Assembly (NCBI GenBank): GCA_963810095.1
Contig: CAWEMM010000007.1
Span: 594,559 to 658,558 of the forward strand
Length of the DNA: 64,000 nucleotides
Origin: an uncultured Chloroflexia bacterium
GTDB lineage: Bacteria; Chloroflexota; Anaerolineae; CG2-30-64-16
Direction of reading: 5' to 3'
In this document: positions 56,849 through 64,000 of the stretch, piece by piece
Numbering within the stretch: the first letter of the stretch is position 1
Layout of the letters: every line of letters begins with the position of its first letter
Made by a program: the position numbers and the translations under genes
Notes under the pieces: generated by a model
Told to the model about the DNA's origin: nothing
Databases searched by the model: none
The model's input: the letters and a program-made list of their open reading frames with translations, nothing else

Positions 56849-57330
56849 TTACCGGGTGCCTGCGATCAGCCAGCCCAGTACCGCCCCGTAGATGAGGTGG
56901 GCAAGTGCTAAGTGCACGGTTGGGAATCTCCCGCAGCGCCGCGCCTGCGCCGGTCAAAGCCAGCCCTTGTGCCACAAGCAGCAGCGCGAGCCCATAGGCC
57001 AACCCGATCAAAAGCGCCCCCAACGCGGCCGGTCCAGCGGCCCCGGACGACCAGCCGGTAGAAAATCCCGAACAGAAGCCCATAGACGGCCGAGACCGCC
57101 AGGTGGATCAGCGTGCCCATCACCGGCGAGCCTTGCCCGGCTGGATCAAAACGGGCCAGGATAGAAAGCGGCCCTGCACCCCCGACCAGGCCGGCCACCA
57201 CTAAATAAGCGGCCATCGCACTGCCGGCAGCTGCGCCAGCCAGCAGCCCATCGACTGCCGCATCGCTCGTCGTGTGGCGGCCTTCTGCAACGGTCGCACC
57301 GGTCTGAGCCATCCTTGTGCTCCTTGGCAT
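56849..57330 (-). CDS. Small 4-TM membrane protein with two H-x(3-6)-YG motifs (frameshifted)
   Basis: GLLAGAAAG.AM, LIHLAVSAVYG, LAHLIYGAVLG. Confidence 0.7.
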
Positions 57331-57366
57331 GACGCCCTCCTCGATCTTCTGCACCTGTTGCTCATC

Positions 57367-57411
57367 ATAATAATCCGCCCCCGTAGCCTAATCGTTACGG
57401 TGACCGTCACG
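57367..57411 (-). promoter_or_regulatory. Motif-class promoter 4 (-10 TATTAT), in the divergent region next to the SARP regulator
   Basis: ataata(57367-72), 20 bp, cgttacg(57393), cgtcacg(57405). Confidence 0.72.
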
Positions 57412-57481
57412 GGGCGGCAATTCGTTGCGTTTCCTTGTATCCGGCGGTACAATTTCGTCGGTCAGGCAGGGAGGGAAGCAC

Positions 57482-60432
57482 ATGGCCCTACTCACGATCC
57501 GGCTCTTGGGCGTTCCCCGTATCGTACGCGACGGTGCGCCGGTCGTCGTTGACACGCGTAAGGCGATCGCCCTTTGGCCTACCTCGCACTTACCGGCCGC
57601 GTCCACGCCCGCGAGGCGTTGGCTGCGCTACTCTGGCCCGAATACGACGACGAGCACGCGCGGGCGGCTCTGCGCCGGACGCTGTCCACGCTCCGTGCAG
57701 CGCTAAGCGAGCCCTATCTGGCTGTCGAACGCGAATCGATAGGCCTGATCTCCGGGGCAGGCGTCTGGGTAGATGTGGCGGCGTTCAACGAGCGGCTGGC
57801 CGCCTGCCGGACCCATGGCCATCCCGCGGCCGATGTCTGCCCCTTATGCCTATCGCCCCTGGCAGAAGCGGCGGAGCTCTACGAAGATGACTTCATGGCC
57901 GGCTTCACCTTGCGCGATAGTGTCAACTTCGACGATTGGCAGCTCGTCTCAGGTCGAGAGCCTGCGCAGTGCCTTGGCTGAGGTATTGGAGAAGCTCGCG
58001 TGCGGCTATGGCGCCCAGGGTGACTTTGCCGCCGCGTTGGCATCGGCCCGGCGGTGGTTAGCAATGGACCCCTTGCGCGAGGAGGCGCACCGCCAGGTGA
58101 TGCGACTTTACGCGTGGTCCGGCCAGCGCAACGCCGCCATCCACCAGTACCGTGAGTGCGTCGGCATCCTGGAGCAGGAGCTGGGCGTGACGCCGCTGGC
58201 GGAGACCACCGAGCTGTACGAGGCGATCAAGGGCAACACGCTGCCTGAACAGGTAGACCTAAGAAGTCGCCCCAAGCCCGTAGGCTCTCCAGCGTCATCT
58301 GCCGTGGATCTGCCAGGACTCGCAGAAGGGTCCGCCCGTTCGCTCCCTCTGGTCGGCCGGGCCGCCGACCTGGCGGGCCTGATCCATTCATACGAACAGC
58401 ACGGGGCCGGCGGCTACTTCGTGGCGATAGAGGGTGAGGCCGGCATCGGCAAGACGCGGCTCGCCGAGGAGTTCCTGGCCCATGCGCGCGCCGAGGGCGC
58501 GACGACGATCACCGTGCGCTGCTTCGAGGGGGAAGCGGCGGTGGCGTACGGGCCGATCGCCGATGGATTACGCGCGGCCTTACGTGAACGTCGTGTGCGG
58601 AACGAACAGCAGCCATCCCGGCCCATTGGCTGAGCGAAGCCGCTCGCCTGCTGCCCGAGTTGCTCGCCTCCCATCCCGAACTCCCGTCGCCCCTGCCAGT
58701 CGACGCCCTGGGCGGACAAAGCCGCTTCTTCGAGGCGTTGCGCCAGGTGCTGATGAGCTTCTGTCGCGGACCGGTGCCCAACGTGCTCTTCTTCGATGAC
58801 ATCCACTGGGCGGACTCGGCCTCGCTCGACCTGCTGGCCTACCTGGTGCGGCGGCTACACGGTCAGCCGCTCTTTCTGCTCGCGACCTGGCAGGGCGAGG
58901 ATCCGACTCATCGCCAGCGATTGGCCCACCTGGTCGTCGACGCCCAGCGCGGTCATACCGGCATGGCCATGCGCCTGGCTCGGCTCAAGCCGGCCGATGT
59001 GCTCGATCTACTCCGCGCGGCCGGAGACGCGGTCACATCGCTGCCCGTCAGAGATCGGCAGCCGGCTGTATCACGAGACGGAGGGACTGCCGTTGTTCCT
59101 GGTCGCCTACCTCGAAGCACTGGCGCAGGGCAATAGAGCAGGCGAGGGCGGGGCGGAGTGGCCGGTGCCACCTGGGGTAATTGACCTCTTGCGGGCTCGG
59201 CTGGATACAGTGGGGGACGCCGCACGGCAGGCCCTGCAGGCAGCGTCTGTGATAGGTCGTTCCTTCGACCTGGAGGCGCTGCACAGCGATCAGCGGTCGT
59301 AGCGACGAGGAGATCGTGTTGGCACTGGAAGCCCTGACCAGCCACGGGATCTTGCGGGAGATTGCGGAAGGCACGGGCGCGGCTCCATCGTATAACTTCA
59401 CCCACGAGAAGCTGCAAGGCCTGGTCTACGATGAGACGGGCCTGGCCCGGCGCCGGCTGCTGCACGGCCGCGCGGCTAGGTTCTTATCGGAGCGAGCCCG
59501 ACTCCGCCGAGATCTGGCAGCCCACGCGGCGCAGATCGGCCGTCACTTCCGGCTGGCTGGACAGGATGCCGACGCAGCATCCCATTTCGCCCTGGCTGGC
59601 GACCACGCCCGCAGCCTCTATGCCAACGCCGAGGCGTTGGCGCAGTTCCAGGCCGCGTTAGCCTTGGGCCATCCCGAGACTTGCCGCTTGCACGAGGCTA
59701 TCGGCGACATGCACACGCTTCTGGCAGCCTACACCGCGTCGCTGGCCAGTTACGAGGTGGCGGCGGCGTTGTGCGAGCCAGGCAGTCCAGCGCTGGCCGA
59801 GATCGAGCACAAGCTCGGGAACGTGCATGCCCGCCGCGGGGAATGGCTTTCTGCTGAGGCGCACTTCTCGGCCGCGTCGGACATACTCGGCCGCCCGGAG
59901 TTCCCCGCGGCGGTAGGTCGGATCTTGGCCGACTGGAGCCTCGGCGTCCATGCGCAGGGGCAGCCGGAGCGGGCACTCAGTCTGGCCCGGCGATGCGCTA
60001 TTCTTGACGGAGTCGGCGTCTGACCAGCCCGGTATGGCCCAGGCACACAACATCCTCGGCATCCTGGCGCGCAGCCGTGGGGACGCCGCCGGCGCTGCAG
60101 CGCACCTCGAACAGAGCCTGGCCATCGCTGAGGCACTGCCTGACCCTAGCAGTCGCGTCGCAGCGCTCAACAACCTGGCCCTCGCCCGCGCGGACAGCGG
60201 CGACCTGGTGGGGGCCACGGCCCTGGCCGAGCAAGCGTTGGCGCTGGGAGTTGCCGTGGGCGACCGGCATCGGGAGGCCGCACTGCGCAATAATCTGGCG
60301 GACCTGCTGCATGCAGCCGGCCGCCGCGAAGAGGCGATGGCTCAGCTCAAGCAGAGTGTGGTGATTTTCGCTGAGATCGGGCTGGCGGCCGGCGACACTC
60401 AGCCGGAGATCTGGAAACTGACAGAGTGGTAG
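57482..60432 (+). CDS. SARP/AfsR-like regulator: wHTH-BTAD-AAA ATPase-TPR (multiple frameshifts)
   Basis: IRLLG.P, R..LAALLWP, AALRRTL, MDPLREEAHR.VM, LGVTPL.ET, GEAGIGKTRL, DDIHWAD, TEGLPLF, TPR-like repeats, PEIWKLTEW end. Confidence 0.9.
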
Positions 60433-60465
60433 GGAGGTGGCGGTTTGGATCACCTACTCTTCCAC

Positions 60466-62135
60466 TCAGCTGGACTGCGCCAGATACTGGTGAACGAACT
60501 GGACGGCCATACCCCCCTCACCCACCGCGGCAGCCACTCGTTTGACCGAACCACGGCGTACGTCGCCGGCAGCGAATACGCCGGGTATGCTGGTCTCCAG
60601 CAAGAGCGGGGGCCGTTGCAGCGATGGCAGCCGATTTATGGGCCTGACGTCGATCAGATCCTGTCCCGTGAGAAGGAAGCCGCGCGGGTCGCGCAGGATG
60701 CCGGTGGGCAACCAGGCCGTGCGAGGCTGCGCGCCTATCAGGACGAACAAGGCCGCTGTTGGGATGGTCTGAGTTGTCTCTGCAGAGCCGTCCTGGATAA
60801 CCAGGCTCTCGAGCCGGTAGGTGCCGTGCCCGTCGATGATCTTGGTGTGCAGACGTACGTCAATGTTGGCCGTGGCTGCAATCTCCTTTACCAGATAGTC
60901 CGACATACTGGCGGCCAGCGAGCCACCCCTTGCCAGGATCGTGACCTGTCGCGCGTACTTCGCCAGATGGACGGCCGCCTGCCCCGCGGAGTTGCCAGCG
61001 CCGGCAACGAAGACGTGCTGTCCTTCCATTGCCTGGGCCTCGGTGATCCCACCGCCATAGAAGACCCCCGCACCCACCAGCCCTTCGAGGCTGGGAATCC
61101 CGAGGCGCTGGTAGCTGGCGCCCATCGCCAAGATGATCGTCCGGCTGACGATTTCCGTCCCATTCGCGAACACGAGGACACGGTCGCGGCCTTCCGCTCG
61201 CAGATCGATGGCCTCGCGCAGCACCGACGTTTCCGCCCCAAACGACCATGCCTGGTCGAGCGCCCGGTTGGTGAGATCTGCTCCGCTGATGCCGAGCGGG
61301 AACCCCAAGTAGTTTCGAATGAGCGAGCTGGTGCCCGCTTGCCCACCGATTGAGTCCCGATCGACTACGATGGTGCGCAAGCCCTCTGACGCGCCGTAGA
61401 CTGCCGCCGAGAGGCCAGCAGGCCCGGCGCCGACAATAGCCAGGTCGAAGCGGCCTTTATCGTCGCTATGACGCACGCCCAGCGCCAGCGCCACCTCCTC
61501 ATTCGGGGCGCGGTCAGGACCAGCCCATCAAACCGGATCAGCACGGGAAATGGGCCAGCGGGCCGGCCGAACCGCTGCAGCAGCGCGAGGCCGTCCTCGG
61601 AATCGGTCTCATAGGACTTGAACGGCAGACCACCGCGGGCCAGCAGATCGCGAATCTCGGCGGCACGTGCGCTCCAACGCTCGGCCACGATGGTGACAAT
61701 CTCACGCGTTGCCTGTTGTCGACGCTGCCAGTCATGAAGCACCCCGGTAATGAGCGCATGAAACGCTTCGTCGGGAGCATGATTGGGCTTGACGACGTAG
61801 CGGTCAAATTGCCCAACCGCAACGGCTTTGAGGAGCGGCTTTGACTCGGAACGATTGCCCCAAGGGACGAGCACGACACGTGTCGCATGGGGATAGAGTT
61901 CATGTGCGCGCGCGAAGTACTCGATGCACGGCATCGAGCTCAACTCGAGCGCCGCCAGCAGGATGACGACTTGCGCACCCGCCGCCCGCAACTGCCCCAA
62001 CCGTTCCAGCGACGCCTGTGCTGTTTCATCGCAGAAAACTTCGTAATCGTCCGCGTAGCGCTTGAGCAGCTCGCGCTGGAGTATCTCCCTATCCCGAACC
62101 TGATCCTCGACCGCCATCAAAACCGGTTTAGCCAT
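60466..62135 (-). CDS. Receiver-domain / thioredoxin-reductase-like FAD oxidoreductase fusion (frameshift ~61510)
   Basis: [11 protein letters not shown] receiver; [52 protein letters not shown]. Confidence 0.88.
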
Positions 62136-63155
62136 CGAGCCTCCCTGGAACTGATCCGCTTTGCTGCCGCTTGGCGAACTTGCTCTACCATACGGACAAT
62201 CGCCCCAACTGCAGCGTCGGGCTGGTCGAAATGAATGTTGTGGCCGCTCTTATCTGCAACCATTGCCTGGCTGTTGGACGACAACTGGAGCAGCTCGGCC
62301 TGCATCTTCTGCCAGTCCGGGTCGGCATCGAGGCCACACGACAGAACGATCAGTGGCACATCCCCGAAGGACTTCACGGCGCCCGCCTGATCAAGGCTCG
62401 CCGGCATACCGCTGCCTTCATCGGCCCAGGCTTGCACGGCGCGCGGTGTGGCACCGATAGCTGCATAAGCTTGCCCTGCCTCCGGCGTCATGCCTTGATC
62501 CGAGCTCGGCCCTGGGAGCAAACGCGCCAATCCGATCCGCGCCAACAAAACCGGCCAAGAAAGCGCTCTCGATTGGGAGACCGCCGGGGAGCCCTGCGGC
62601 CGCGGCCGGTTTCTTGGCTTGTCCGGGGCTCATGGAATCGATCAGCACGATTCCGGCGACGTCTGCGGGATAGTCGTGCGCGAACACACGGACCGTCAGG
62701 CCGCCCATCGAATGGCCGGCCAGCACATAGGGGCCGGGAACGCCGGCACGTTCCAACAACGTATGAAGTTCTTTAGCGAATTGCCCGGCATTCCGCGGCA
62801 GCGGACCCGCCTCGCTGTAGCCCATGCCGGCCCGATCGTAAGTGCAGACCTGCGTCGTTGCGGCTACGGCCGGCTGCACGCCGCTCCACCCCAGCGACCA
62901 ATCGCCCCAGCCGGCATCGATCACCACCGTCGGGCTGCCCGCGCCCGTGCAGTTGATGTGGAGACGGTAACCGCCCACGTCGACCATTTGGCCGGGTGGA
63001 GGGTACGCTCGCACGTCGGCAGCTTCGGTTACCGACTCGTAGACGGCCCCCGCCAGTATCAAGAGCAAGGCCAGAAGCAGAGCGCCGCCCAGCCAGAAGA
63101 GGCATCCCCGCCCGCGGCGTTTGGGAGCCTCAGAAGTCGCTGTGTGCATCGGCAT
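62117..63155 (-). CDS. Membrane-anchored alpha/beta hydrolase (frameshift ~62570)
   Basis: PPGQMVDVGG..LH, YDRAGMGYS, GHSMGG, SGHNIH. Confidence 0.9.
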
Positions 63156-63359
63156 ATCCTTTCCACTCCTGCGGATCCCCCTCTCCGAAACCCAGACCGC
63201 GGTGCGCTCCACTGAGTTTCGGAGAAGGCGCCATCGTTGGTCAGCTCGCGAACGCGGCGCCGGCTACGAATTTTCCGGAACCGCGCCCGGCCGCGCCAGG
63301 CTTGATCGAAGGCATTGGTTCGTTAATCGCCATGGTTTCTCCTCCTACGGGTCGATTCT

Positions 63360-63808
63360 CTACTTGCTCGGGTTGATAATGCCGAGGAACGTGGCCCCGG
63401 TGTCGAACAGCATGATGTACGCGGAGTTAGCGGCTGCCTCGATGGGTTCGACCGATGTCAGGCTCTGCCCGTTGACCGTCGCGGCCAAGGGCAGCGTTCC
63501 AAGACCTTCGATGACAGCCATGTAGGGTACACAGGCGCCGCTGATCATGCCCTGCTCACTGCAGAGGACGAAGTAGCCGCGCAGAAGGGCGCTGTACGCG
63601 CCATGGTTCTGGCTCGGCACGTCTCGGACGACGTGGTCGTGCAGGAAGGGCAACGTGCCCTGCGGGGTGCCGGTCTGTGGCGCCACTACGTAAAACATGT
63701 CCACTTTGTCGGTGGGTCCCGCACCCGGGAATTCCTGGGCCTGCTGCGGGAACGTCATTCTGAGCTGGACCCCGTTCGCCCAAGGGTCTCGACACCAGAA
63801 GCGAACCG
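63360..63808 (-). CDS. Hypothetical protein, 5' end unclear or truncated at the repeat element
   Basis: 132-aa ORF with coding-like composition (HDHVV motif, Cys pair); no clear RBS/start before the 63809 element. Confidence 0.5.
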
Positions 63809-63855
63809 CTAAACGAGTCGCAGCGTGAAGATGTCCGCTCTGGCGCTCGGTTTAG
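63809..63855. mobile_element. Short version of the 2511-2617 MITE-like element
   Basis: 63808-63839 matches 2510-2541 at 31/32; 63840-63855 matches 2602-2617 at 15/16; the internal hairpin is absent. Confidence 0.7.
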
Positions 63856-64000
63856 GAACGACTGCAGGCGCTGTTTGAGGACGTCCTGACGGCCTGCTTC
63901 GCCAAGAGCGTGTTACTGGAGGGGCGCGCGCGCGTCGCTGGCCGCGGTCCCGTGGTTCATCTGGATCAAGGCCGCGCCCCGCGGAGCGTCAGGCGGCGAC

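Noticed and set aside
57482-60432. STAND/Avs anti-phage system
   Set aside because: The N-terminus is wHTH-BTAD, not a nuclease or other effector; consistent with a transcriptional activator
32155-62600. Programmed frameshifting or mass pseudogenisation
   Set aside because: Indels are scattered with no consistent slippery motif and catalytic motifs are intact; sequencing error is more parsimonious
63241-63333. 30-codon minus-strand ORF with a strong RBS (aggaggag)
   Set aside because: No recognisable motif; could be a gene remnant, so not called

Overview
High-GC bacterial window. Lipoprotein linkers, repeat families and gene content suggest Chloroflexota (Anaerolineae/Caldilineae-like); this is inferred, not proven. 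Many genes carry 1-bp indel frameshifts, dense at ~1-4 kb and 32-63 kb, probably long-read errors, so genes were reconstructed across frames. Four blocks: (i) 1-31.5 kb, a sulfatase-centred cluster: two cytoplasmic arylsulfatases, anaerobic sulfatase maturase, MalT-like LuxR regulator, SulP, DUF1269, SHOCT, DUF1254/DUF1214, GAP, TRIC/UPF0126, AbgT, PepT, M20 dipeptidase. (ii) 32-41 kb, a GntR-linked amidohydrolase, BMP ABC transporter and dehydrogenase. (iii) 41-45 kb, small accessory genes. (iv) 45-60 kb, the best candidate for an undescribed system. A SARP/BTAD-AAA-TPR regulator faces four minus-strand promoters with identical geometry (CCGTAACGAT box, CGTAACG exactly 20 bp upstream of a TAnnnT -10). 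They drive three multipass membrane proteins that all stop at the same point early in an apparent GAF domain, a separately promoted PP2C/anti-sigma-kinase fusion that begins with the rest of a GAF domain plus two STAS proteins, and a protoglobin-Rieske-Rieske protein coupled to a flavin-disulfide reductase. Several MITE/REP-like palindromes are present. No rRNA, tRNA, CRISPR array, integrase or transposase was seen.
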